Assembly (NCBI GenBank): GCA_018663245.1
Contig: JABJEI010000019.1
Span: 9,129-73,128, forward strand
Length of the DNA stretch: 64,000 nt
Reading direction: 5' to 3'
DNA from: a bacterium
GTDB taxonomy: Bacteria; Babelota; Babeliae; Babelales; JABJEI01
Part shown: positions 47,399-56,458 of the stretch, one piece after another
Position numbering within the stretch: the first letter of the stretch is position 1
Layout: every line of letters starts with the position of its first letter
The notes under the pieces: model-generated
Databases searched by the model: none
What the model saw: the letters and a program-made list of their open reading frames with translations, nothing else
Told to the model about the DNA's origin: nothing
Program-made: the position numbers and the translations under genes

Positions 47399-48055
47399 TT
47401 AGGAAATGTTGTACAAGTAAGCGAGTGCTTTACGAGTAACGATTTGACTTACAGCAGTCAAAGCGCGACCTGTAACATTTATATCGCCTCCAAGTAGGCA
47501 GCCTTTTACAGTAACTCCGCTAGCGAATTTACTGATAGGTCTCCAGACTGAGTTAGTCTTACCAAGTTCGCTTTCAGGCGAAATTCCTGCAGCCCAGAAA
47601 GATGACTTGCGGCAGTGGAAGTCTATTGCATTAGTTATAAATATAGGTGCTATGGCGTCTTTTGCTTCTTTTATGAGCAGGCTTCCAAATGTTTTATTAT
47701 TTAGGGATAGCATGTTCTCTACAACAACAGCGGGAAGAACCCTTATTGCTATAGCTGCAAGTGTGCTCTTTAATAGCACCGGGCCAAGAACGTCGGTTAC
47801 TGCGATAGGCGAAAAGCGTAAACGCATCCACAAACGCTGCTTAAACGGCGGTAATTCTTTTTTCTCTTCGACTACTTCTTGTTGTTGGGCGCCAGTGTCA
47901 CCATTTGGGGTTGTAGTCTCTAGTTGGGCAAAATGCTTTAAAACTGTGCGAGCGCTTGAATTTTGAGGTGTAACACCTTGTATTGCGGGAGGTGTAGCCA
48001 CAATTGGGCCAAAAGCAGTTAATGCAAAAAATAAGGAAAGTAAAAGCTTTTTCAC
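47399..48055 (-). CDS. Orphan secreted protein (218 aa)
   Basis: GTG start with AGGGGA Shine-Dalgarno sequence. Signal peptide MKKLLLSLFFALTAFGPIVA. Confidence 0.6.
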   Translation of the reverse strand: MKKLLLSLFFALTAFGPIVATPPAIQGVTPQNSSARTVLKHFAQLETTTPNGDTGAQQQEVVEEKKELPPFKQRLWMRLRFSPIAVTDVLGPVLLKSTLAAIAIRVLPAVVVENMLSLNNKTFGSLLIKEAKDAIAPIFITNAIDFHCRKSSFWAAGISPESELGKTNSVWRPISKFASGVTVKGCLLGGDINVTGRALTAVSQIVTRKALAYLYNIS

Positions 48056-48226
48056 GAAATCCCCTAATTAGTTAAAGTGTCCTTAAGATTATATATATAA
48101 TTATTATATAACTAAATGCATATTTGGTCAAAATAACTTTAATAAGTGGCTTTAGTTTAGCCCCTTATAATCCCATATTTTTACAAAAAGCTTTATCTAA
48201 TTTTAATGCTTTTTTCCAAACTCTTC

Positions 48227-48830
48227 TTGCATCTATACTTTAATACTTTTGCGACTCGTCTTTGCTGTAGCTACGCCGTCACAGGTTTTTAAACTACCTT
48301 TTAATAAATCCCTGTCATCCTCGCGAATGCGGGGATCCAGTCTTTAAATAGATCATTTGATCACCTTTTGCATCTATACTTTAATACTTTTGCGAGGGGT
48401 TGCTCACCCAACCCCTCGCGGACAAGGGTGCCGGGGGAACCCCTGGGCCCCGGCGTGCGTAACTTGAAACCTCGAGCTAAAGCTCTGCAGTTTCTTCAAC
48501 AGAGCGCACTCAACTGAATTATTTATTTTTAGATGGCTTGGCCAAGACAAGGATGGCATGCATCCGTCTTCGCCTAAAAAACGCCTCCCTTGCCTGGCCT
48601 GCGAAGCCTTTGGCGAAGACGGGTCATCCCCGGCTTTGAACGGGGATCCAGTTTTTCAGTAGCTCATTTGAATGTCTGAGAAAGGTTTCTAGATATTTTT
48701 AGACTTTTGCATATTTACTATGAAGTTGCACTTAACGGATAATAGCTTTAGTCCTGGATCCTTGCATGCCATCCTTGTCGCGGCGTAGATGTAGCGAAGA
48801 CGGATTAAGCGATGTCGGGCGAAGTTCGCA
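48227..48830. repeat. Largest cluster of the dispersed modular repeat family
   Basis: Direct repeat cttgcatctatactttaatacttttgcga at 48227 and 48367. Hairpin 1 at 48392-48419. Hairpin 2 at 48431-48446. Units gtcatcctcgcgaatgcggggatccag (48314-48340) and gtcatccccggctttgaacggggatccag (48623-48651). Internal inverted pair 48541-48562 / 48768-48790. Confidence 0.85.
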
Positions 48831-48843
48831 GAACGAAGACTGA

Positions 48844-49548
48844 TTAGATGATTAGCGAAGGATTGCCATCAGTGTCGATATACCAGTTGATTGTAGGCTT
48901 ATCTAGCAGCGGCTTGTAGACAAACAAGTCGTTAAAATCATTCAGATCTTGCGACTGGTCTTCTTGGTTGATGATTTTATACTCTCTGAGCGCAAGTCTT
49001 TTTGCTCGCTCATTATAGTATGCATATAGGAGGCGTGGGAGCTTTTGGAACAAGGCTAAACTTGCTGTTTCAATAACCGCACCTAACACTATATTTTGTT
49101 TTATCCCAGACGTAAACGCTACTTTTAGACTCGAACGTTTACAGATAGCGATTGTAACATTTTTGACCGTAGTCCAAACGAGTTGGCCGCCTACTTGCAT
49201 CGGTATTAACAGTAGGCTTTGTTCTCGATCAACAACAGCAAGGCCAATCTTGCCAAGTGGCCTGGCAAAGGGCTTTATTTTAGCTAGTGGCGCGACTAGC
49301 TTAGAAAGTTGGCTTGGTTTTTTTGCAGCGAGGGCTTTTGTGGCGCCTACTATTTTAGTTGTAGGTGTCGTGCTTTTTATTTTTACACCCAAGTATTTTT
49401 TTGCCAAGTTCGCAGCGGCTAACTCGGCCCCTGTCATAATAAGGCGCCCAGTAAGTCCTGGTCCGTTATCGGCATAAACTGGAAGGTGCGCGCCGAGTAG
49501 GCACGCACCAAGAAAGATTGAGGCAATTGGTTTTAATAATCGTTGCAT
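48844..49548 (-). CDS. Orphan secreted protein (~234 aa)
   Basis: Signal peptide MQRLLKPIASIFLGACLLGAHLPVYA. Ala/Lys-rich. Confidence 0.6.
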   Translation of the reverse strand: MQRLLKPIASIFLGACLLGAHLPVYADNGPGLTGRLIMTGAELAAANLAKKYLGVKIKSTTPTTKIVGATKALAAKKPSQLSKLVAPLAKIKPFARPLGKIGLAVVDREQSLLLIPMQVGGQLVWTTVKNVTIAICKRSSLKVAFTSGIKQNIVLGAVIETASLALFQKLPRLLYAYYNERAKRLALREYKIINQEDQSQDLNDFNDLFVYKPLLDKPTINWYIDTDGNPSLII

Positions 49549-49565
49549 TGGCACCAGGTTCGCGG

Positions 49566-50297
49566 TTAAGTAGTTCCTAATAAGTTACTGTTTTTACCGT
49601 CCTTTTTTGGCTCAATGCTTTTAAGTTTAGCATTTTCTTCAACTTTTGGCTCGCGCAGTTTTTCGTAGGCTTTGCGCATTGGAACCAGCATAAACCTAAC
49701 ACCAATCGTGCAGCCGGTTTTAATGGCTGTGCTTTTTAGCTTATCTATGCCGAAATCAGATTCTGTGGCAGCTGACACGATAAACCGTATAATTGCAAAT
49801 TTAGCAAGCTTGCCGAGTTGTTTGTGCGTTATGTATTCAAATGACTTAAGCTCTTTTTTAATATCGGAATCTCTGTTCCATGGCGAGATCTTCCTAATGG
49901 ATAATTCAACTTCATCGCCAGGTATGCCAGCGATAACATTTATAAGCGTGTCGTTAATTATACCTGAATAATCCCGCTTTTCTCTAAATCCAAAGTATTT
50001 CAGTGCAGCGCTAGCAGTGATTCTCTCTGTAGCTGATATAGCAAATGCAAAGAGTGTTCTGGCGGGTACACGCTTGAAAATACTAGGACGTTCTTTTGTT
50101 CCAAAAAAGTAATCCTTGGCACCGCCGTCAATCAAGTTTAGGGGGTTTAGGCGCGATGCCCAGCTCGCCCGCTTTACTTGCGCTAGCGAGTCATTTTTGG
50201 CAACTGCAGCAACGTGTGCGTGTAGTCCAAGTAAGCAAATGGCGGCACTGGTTAGAATAATTCTTTGTTGTAGGTTCTTCATAAACTTTTTGTTCAT
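49566..50297 (-). CDS. Orphan secreted protein (243 aa)
   Basis: Signal peptide ..RIILTSAAICLLGLHAHVAA. No recognised motif. Confidence 0.6.
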   Translation of the reverse strand: MNKKFMKNLQQRIILTSAAICLLGLHAHVAAVAKNDSLAQVKRASWASRLNPLNLIDGGAKDYFFGTKERPSIFKRVPARTLFAFAISATERITASAALKYFGFREKRDYSGIINDTLINVIAGIPGDEVELSIRKISPWNRDSDIKKELKSFEYITHKQLGKLAKFAIIRFIVSAATESDFGIDKLKSTAIKTGCTIGVRFMLVPMRKAYEKLREPKVEENAKLKSIEPKKDGKNSNLLGTT

Positions 50298-50337
50298 CCT
50301 TTATGATGACTTAGGGTTTGGTACTATGTTAGCTTTT

Positions 50338-50940
50338 TTAATTTTCTTTAAGTTTTTTCAGCGCCAGCTCGTACAGTACGTTAAATCGATTTTTTATGCT
50401 CTCTAGAACGAGCCTGTGAGCCTTCTTTAGGACTGGATGTGTAACTTTTAAACTATCGTCTTCTAATTTATCGAGAATCTGGTCATTGAATTTAAGCGCT
50501 GCGACACTTTGTCCACAAATCAGCTCTGCATCTTTGTCGCTACGCATTTGTAGAGGCAGAAATGCATTTTTGGCATACACAACTAAAAAGTGCCGCATTT
50601 TATCCTCGTCTACGAGTTCGGACATGGCAAAAGATAGGGCGAGCTTTTCTCGAGAGATGGGTTTGCTTGCTTCAACATTGCTACTAATCTTGTTTAGGGC
50701 CCAGGCAACTGCTGCCACTTCGATTGGCGCCCATACCTGAGAATCTAATTTTAATTCATTTAAACGCTTTTTTGACGCCTTAAGACGCATTTTTAGATAA
50801 GTGCTTGAGAGAGCAATAGACTCTTCATAGAGTTTTTCTTGATTGTTAATAGCATTCTGGGATTTAGCTGAACATACCATAGGCAGGGCAAGCAAGATCG
50901 AAAAGGCCAATTCGTGAAAAGTTATCTGTTGTAGGTGCAC
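50338..50940 (-). CDS. Orphan secreted protein (~200 aa)
   Basis: AAGGAG lies 6 nt upstream of the GTG at 50940. Signal peptide ..FHELAFSILLALPMVCSA. Confidence 0.58.
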   Translation of the reverse strand: MHLQQITFHELAFSILLALPMVCSAKSQNAINNQEKLYEESIALSSTYLKMRLKASKKRLNELKLDSQVWAPIEVAAVAWALNKISSNVEASKPISREKLALSFAMSELVDEDKMRHFLVVYAKNAFLPLQMRSDKDAELICGQSVAALKFNDQILDKLEDDSLKVTHPVLKKAHRLVLESIKNRFNVLYELALKKLKEN

Positions 50941-51144
50941 TATCAACTCCTTTGTTAGCTGGACGTGGCATCTTGCTACAGTATTAAGCCTGTGGAGGCT
51001 AATGTAGCATCGATTGTTGAGCTATAAGCATGATATGGAAGATGTTTTTGTCAAGTAATGTAGCATGAAACATGCGCAGAAAGGCAATAATGTTACTAGA
51101 GGCTCAGGGGTAATAACTCAGAGCCTCTTACTTGGATAAGCTTC

Positions 51145-51612
51145 TTAAACTTCTTCTGTCATTATCGAGCTGCGCTCGCCAAGTAAAATCTCGCGCTCAT
51201 TAAGCAGCATATTGTGCTTTAGCAGTTCTATTGAGAGTCTCAGCTTTATTCCACCAAGTTTATCATCATGTATGAGTGACTCTTGTTTGACGGTGCTTTC
51301 GGTGTCTAATTTCGCTTTTTCAACGCATAACGTATATAGCTTGTCGTTGATATTACGCTTCTCCTCCAATACTTTATCAGTTATTTCAAGTATTTCTGGA
51401 ACTTTATTAATAATCTGAGGCAAGCGCGCTTTAATGCTTTTTAACATTGCTTCGCGTAGCTCCACTGACGCAAGCCTCTCCAAGCCAGCTGTTATAGCAA
51501 TTAAGCGCTCAGTTTTGGTCTCGTCGAGATAGGCATTAGTCTTGCCGATCTCGGCAAGGGTGCCGGCAGTTGCCAGTAGTAGGCCGTACAGGGCTATTTT
51601 AGTGTATTTCAT
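51145..51612 (-). CDS. Orphan secreted protein (155 aa), helical
   Basis: Signal peptide MKYTKIALYGLLLATAGTLA. Confidence 0.6.
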   Translation of the reverse strand: MKYTKIALYGLLLATAGTLAEIGKTNAYLDETKTERLIAITAGLERLASVELREAMLKSIKARLPQIINKVPEILEITDKVLEEKRNINDKLYTLCVEKAKLDTESTVKQESLIHDDKLGGIKLRLSIELLKHNMLLNEREILLGERSSIMTEEV

Positions 51613-52680
51613 TTATTGTTCCATTCACATGAGGGCTTTAATTTAACTACCATCATTTTGGCCCATAAACTAAAGAGCGTCAACAGCCATACCTGCAGAA
51701 AAGCGCCCAGCACAGGCAACAAATGCAACCCAGAGCACTACGATCAACTACGACAGAGCCATAGAGTCGCACGCCAACAAAGGAAGGCCAATCAAGCCAA
51801 TTATGGATCAATAAGGGCTTATCGTATCGCAGATATAGCTACAGACATGCCAGGGGCTCTCCCCTTTCCCTTTTTGAGCTTTTTAACTTTACTAAGAATC
51901 TTATGCAAATCTAAACTCACATACGAGCGAGGCAAATTACTTAACGTGCGATCCACGCAAGACTCGCACAACTCTAGGCGCGAATTACGTACGATGTTAA
52001 TGCACACGTACAGATGAGAATAAGGCTAAGTGTCGGGTATAGGAGTATAAGGGTAAGTATCATGACAAAGAGTTACGCTTGAACTTCGTTAGTCTTACTT
52101 CGTAGTAAAGCTCTATAAAGTATCCATCTTAGTTTTACTTCGACGCGATTCCTTATATAACCAAACCTTAAAGAGACAACCTTATAAACAAAACCCTAAA
52201 AGTTGAAAAACCTAATAAACCAAACACCCTACCCTGCAAAGAAAGCTTAGAAGACTTGCCCCCAAGAACCACCATAGCCCGAACCAGAGAGTTAACGTAG
52301 ACGAGCCCAGTCGACCAACCCCCAAAGAGCTGCCCCCAACGGCCCCGGGAGGATGTGGGGAGTCGGAGTTCTCTGCGTGAGCTCAAAAGTTTGCCTAGGA
52401 GAGAGGCAATGTATCTCTAAAAATAGAAAATCGCGTAGCGTATCCCTAAAAACTTTCGAAGAAATGCTCAAAAGCCCAAGAATAAAGCTAGATTTAATCT
52501 TTTAGTAAGTATTCCGCCAAATTGGTCGTTAGGTTGCTTGGCTTGTTTTTGTTGTAGCGTAGCTGTTAATAATTATCAGACTCTATAATTCATCTGCTTC
52601 GCCTGACGCTCAGTTTTAAAATTGCAAGGGCATGTAGGCGAGAAGTAGCTAAGGTTGTTTGATCTAAAAATCTTTATTAT

Positions 52681-52930
52681 TAGCTAAACTGTTTGAAGCA
52701 ACCTAAAAGCGTTAGCTTCCCAGGCTTGGTTGCCAACTTAAAAGGAATAGATTCTTTTCAAAGCTGGGCGATTATTAGCAGTTCTCTAAAAATAAATAAT
52801 TCAGTTGAGCGTGTCCTGTTGAAGAAATTGCAGAGCGCAGCTCGAGGTTTCAAGTTGCTCGCGTAGGGTATCCAAGGTCCTCCTTGGTGTCCTTGTCCGC
52901 TAGGGGTTGGACAAGCAACCCCTAGCTAAA
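52681..52930. repeat. Modular repeat cluster; 52784-52930 is the inverted partner of 48387-48533
   Basis: Reverse complement aligns module by module with 48387-48533 (by eye ~80% identity). 52681-52730 matches 32287-32335 in reverse complement. Confidence 0.85.
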
Positions 52931-53009
52931 GCTTTTTAAAAAAACGTTGCAAAAAATAGAGCATGCAGTTGAGAACTTAAGAAAAGAGACAATTATAATT
53001 GGGGAGAGT

Positions 53010-53033
53010 ATGAGGGGCAATTAAGCCCCTCAT
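53010..53033 (-). terminator. Hairpin terminator after dnaK
   Basis: atgaggggc-aattaa-gcccctcat forms a 9-bp stem 4 nt past the dnaK stop. Confidence 0.6.
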
Positions 53034-53037
53034 GGTA

Positions 53038-54948
53038 TTACTCTTCGCTAACCTCTGCATCAATAGGACCATCTTCAGATGATGTAGATTCATCCTTAGA
53101 AGCCGCATCAGGTGCAGATTCGTCGCCCGGCTTTTGTTCAGCCGCTTTTTCTTTATACAGTATCTCTGCAATCTTGTGCGATGCTTCAAGCAGTTCATTC
53201 ATTGATGCTTCAAGTTTGCCCGCATCTTCAGAATGTTCTTTCAGGTCTGCCTTGGCTTTTTCAATAGCCGACTCAACCTTTGTTACTTCTTCAGCTGGTA
53301 GTTTTTCTTTGCTCTCTTTGACAGTTTTTTCAACTTCAAGGATAACGCCGTCAAACTTGTTACGCTTTTCTATAAGTTCACGAGCCTTTTTATCTTCAAC
53401 TTCGTGCTCTTGCGCATCTTTAACCATCTTTGCAATTTCATCTTCTGACAATCCGCCAGAATCAGATATTGTTATGTTTTGCTCTTTGCCGGTTGCCTGG
53501 TCTTTAGCAGACACACTTACAATACCGTTAGCATCGATATCAAAAGTCACTTCAATTTTAGGAACACCACGTGGTGCCGCAGGAATTCCATCGAGCTTAA
53601 ACTCACCCAAAATCTTGTTGTCACGAGCAAACTCACGTTCACCCTGGCCTACACGAATATCAACAATAGTCTGATTGTTATCAGCAGTACTGAAGACTTC
53701 AGATTTTTTGGTAGGGATAGTTGTATTACGCTCAATCAGCTTGGTCATTACACCGCCCTGAGTTTCAATACCTAACGAAAGCGGAGTTACGTCAAGCAGA
53801 AGCACATCAGAAACGTCACCAGCTAATACACCACCCTGCACAGCTGCACCAACCGAGACGACCTCGTCTGGATTAACTGATTTGTTAGGTTCTTTGCCAA
53901 AAATCTCTTTTACCAGCTCAGAAATCTTTGGAATGCGGGTTGAACCACCAACCAAGAGTACTTCATCAATCTGACCGGAAGACATTCCCGCATCGCTTAA
54001 AGCTTTTTTACAAGGAATAGCTAATCGCTCAAAAATATCTGCACACATCGACTCAAGTTTTGCACGAGAAAGCTTCACAACTAGGTGCTTTGGACCGCTT
54101 GCATCTGCAGTAATATAAGGAAGATTAATGTCGGTCTCTTGCGTGCTTGAGAGCTCAACTTTTGCTTTTTCTGAAGCTTCACGCAAGCGTTGTAGCGCCA
54201 TGCGATCTTTTGACAGATCAACACCCTGCTCTTGCTTGAATGTAGCTATAAGATGATTAATCAAAAGACGATCAATGTCATCACCACCAAGATGCGTATC
54301 ACCACTGGTAGACTTAACTTCGATAACGCCATCATGAATGTCCAAAATGGAAACATCAAATGTACCGCCACCAAAGTCAAAAACAGCAATTATACCGTTC
54401 TTTTTCTTATCCATGCCGTACGCAAGCGCTGCTGCGGTTGGTTCATTAATAATTCGCTTAACATCCAAACCAGCAATTTTACCGGCATCTTTGGTTGCTT
54501 GACGCTGTGCATCGTTAAAGTATGCAGGAACAGTCACAACGGCCTCTTTAACCGTCTGACCAAGGTAACCCTCTGCAACTTGTTTCAGTTGAGAAAGCAC
54601 CGCTGCAGAAATTTCTTGAGGGGAGTATTCTTTACCCTGAGCAACAATGCCAATATCGCCGTTAGAGCTACGAACTACTTCGTATGGCAACCCAGACAGC
54701 TCGCCCTTGAGTTCGTCGTAGCGAGAGCCGATAAAGCGCTTTGCTGAGTAAATTGTGTTCTCTGGATTGGTAACAGCTTGGCGTTTTGCCTGTACGCCGA
54801 CCAAGCGCTTGCCATCTTTAGTAAAAGCAACAACGGACGGAGTCGTATTTTGACCTTCCTCGTTTACTATAACTTTGGCCGTGCCACCTTCCATAACCGA
54901 AACAACAGAGTTGGTTGTTCCTAAATCAATTCCTATAATTTTGCTCAT
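53038..54948 (-). CDS. dnaK: Molecular chaperone DnaK (Hsp70)
   Basis: [37 protein letters not shown], and a C-terminal lid with an acidic tail. GGGGA Shine-Dalgarno sequence before the ATG at 54948; the tracked ORF has a 33-codon non-homologous extension. Confidence 0.97.
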   Translation of the reverse strand: MSKIIGIDLGTTNSVVSVMEGGTAKVIVNEEGQNTTPSVVAFTKDGKRLVGVQAKRQAVTNPENTIYSAKRFIGSRYDELKGELSGLPYEVVRSSNGDIGIVAQGKEYSPQEISAAVLSQLKQVAEGYLGQTVKEAVVTVPAYFNDAQRQATKDAGKIAGLDVKRIINEPTAAALAYGMDKKKNGIIAVFDFGGGTFDVSILDIHDGVIEVKSTSGDTHLGGDDIDRLLINHLIATFKQEQGVDLSKDRMALQRLREASEKAKVELSSTQETDINLPYITADASGPKHLVVKLSRAKLESMCADIFERLAIPCKKALSDAGMSSGQIDEVLLVGGSTRIPKISELVKEIFGKEPNKSVNPDEVVSVGAAVQGGVLAGDVSDVLLLDVTPLSLGIETQGGVMTKLIERNTTIPTKKSEVFSTADNNQTIVDIRVGQGEREFARDNKILGEFKLDGIPAAPRGVPKIEVTFDIDANGIVSVSAKDQATGKEQNITISDSGGLSEDEIAKMVKDAQEHEVEDKKARELIEKRNKFDGVILEVEKTVKESKEKLPAEEVTKVESAIEKAKADLKEHSEDAGKLEASMNELLEASHKIAEILYKEKAAEQKPGDESAPDAASKDESTSSEDGPIDAEVSEE

Positions 54949-55160
54949 ATTTATCCCCAAATATTGTTCACGTTGATTAAATAATATGTCCACTATTTCA
55001 GTAATTATTCTAACCCTGGACTCAACAGGTGTCAATATGACGCTCATATTTTCTTAGTGCAACTGACTCACATTAATAGCAACTCTTGCCTGCAAGTTGC
55101 CGCCGTATCTATACTTAAATTCAGAAAGAGTTTTATTTGCCACATGCCGTAGGAACCATT

Positions 55161-56387
55161 ATGAAAAGATTTACCCTAGCACTTCTAGCCAGCCTATGCC
55201 TTACAACTACCAACCTAGAAACCTACCCCCCTTACACGATCAACCTCCCATCGCTCGTGCCCAACGCACATGCATCAACCGGAAGTCCTTATGCATACCT
55301 TGGATTCAACGGAAATCGCGGAGGCTCTAGTCGGCTTATTTTGGGCATTGAAAATAAGATTCGCGAAAGCAGGCACAATTCAAAGCTGGGCAAATCACAC
55401 TCTGAGCCAAAAAGTCTTAATATTAAACAGCTCGATGATAATCGGCCCAAACCTCGCAAAACGCAGTCAACCGGAAACATAAACAGCGAACAAGAGCTAA
55501 CCATCACAATGCCTGAAACACTTTATCGCATTACAAGGCACACCAAGCTGCTCGACGCAACGGTAGACCAAACTCACGTCATCAGCCCACAACTTGGCGT
55601 TAACAACATTCTGCTTGTCGCCCGCATGGAGCCATTGAATAAGTGTAGGTTCTCGAAGGCTATGGTTAACAACATCGAATACTACCTAGCGCAAGAGCTA
55701 AATAAGGCCCTTGCAGCACTTGACTCACAATCAATCAAAAAAGATGCCCACAGCTACCACTCACTCACAGGGCTCAATCAAGAGAATATCGCCCTGGTCA
55801 CAAAAGAAATCCAAAAAGCGATGCTTAAGGTCCACAAAGAGGCTCTCAAAACCTACAAACAACGATTTCGTTCAAAAGGTAGCTACTCAACATACGTTGA
55901 AGGCGTAAGCCTGACAGCAGCAGTAGCACACAACAACCAACTGTACACAGTCCAGGTCGGGAGAACAGATCAAGTTGCAGTCATCGCTACGCACAAAGAT
56001 AAACTGCTTAATGCTCCAAGCAAACGCGGCAACAACTGGAAGCGCCTTGGACGGCGCAACGGCGAAAACCCCGAGGTATATGTTGCCAATGTACCGCTCG
56101 ATTCAGATCAGCCTATAACCATTTCAATCGTTGACTTGACGAGTATAAAACTGTCCACAGCAATAGATCTAACCAAGCAATACGAAGAGAAATCAGAAAC
56201 AAAAGTTGCAGCTAAAAAACTCCTTGAACTCGACCCGTACGCCATTATTGTTCGCGCACAAGCAAACACCGTAGACCGCAAGTATTCTGTAAAAAAAGAA
56301 ACCTTTTGGAGTCGGCTTAAAGCCTGGTGGAATAACAGAAGAAATCACAGTACTAGCAGCGTAAAGTATATCCACAACCTTAGTTAA
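55161..56387 (+). CDS. Hypothetical secreted protein (408 aa)
   Basis: Signal peptide MKRFTLALLASLCLTTTNL. One segment (GVSLTAAVAHNNQLYTVQVGRTDQVAVI) resembles the PP2C GTTA..V..L.VANVGDSR strand pair but lacks the catalytic Asp, so it is not called. Confidence 0.6.
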   Translation: MKRFTLALLASLCLTTTNLETYPPYTINLPSLVPNAHASTGSPYAYLGFNGNRGGSSRLILGIENKIRESRHNSKLGKSHSEPKSLNIKQLDDNRPKPRKTQSTGNINSEQELTITMPETLYRITRHTKLLDATVDQTHVISPQLGVNNILLVARMEPLNKCRFSKAMVNNIEYYLAQELNKALAALDSQSIKKDAHSYHSLTGLNQENIALVTKEIQKAMLKVHKEALKTYKQRFRSKGSYSTYVEGVSLTAAVAHNNQLYTVQVGRTDQVAVIATHKDKLLNAPSKRGNNWKRLGRRNGENPEVYVANVPLDSDQPITISIVDLTSIKLSTAIDLTKQYEEKSETKVAAKKLLELDPYAIIVRAQANTVDRKYSVKKETFWSRLKAWWNNRRNHSTSSVKYIHNLS

Positions 56388-56400
56388 AATTAGCACAAAT

Positions 56401-56458
56401 AAGGCTGGTTAACAGCGAGGGGCGCCTTTTCGGACGCCCCTCGCTGTTAACCAGCCTT
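56401..56458. terminator. 58-nt near-perfect palindrome; bidirectional terminator between the 408-aa gene and fibre gene A
   Basis: 24-nt arms aaggctggttaacagcgaggggcg / cgcccctcgctgttaaccagcctt plus 2 more bp around a 5-nt loop. The right arm includes the fibre-gene stop codon. Confidence 0.7.

Noticed and set aside
48227-48830. Whether the repeated hairpins form a CRISPR array.
   Set aside because: The units are heterogeneous modules in both orientations. There is no constant repeat length or regular spacer periodicity, and no cas genes are in the window.
52306-52337. A tmRNA-like 5' end on the minus strand (GGGGGCAGC...GGTCGACTGGG, reminiscent of GGGG..GGATTCGAC.GGG).
   Set aside because: The spacing is too long. 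I found no T-arm/GGTTCGA-type motif, no matching 3' acceptor strand with CCA, and no plausible ..LAA tag reading frame in the following 400 nt.
51616-52386. ORFs 51616-52017 (+), 51819-52007 (-) and 52168-52386 (-) in the A+C-skewed tract.
   Set aside because: They have no Shine-Dalgarno sequences and odd composition (Arg/Gly/Leu or His/Arg/Gln-rich), and they overlap one another. They look like chance ORFs in skewed DNA. The tract itself is reported as a finding.
55050-55100. A possible HrcA/CIRCE operator upstream of dnaK (ttagtgcaactgactcacattaa and the gcaactcttgcctgcaagttgc hairpin).
   Set aside because: Neither matches TTAGCACTC-N9-GAGTGCTAA. The first is not a true inverted repeat. 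The second is a generic 9-bp bulged hairpin that could serve either divergent gene.
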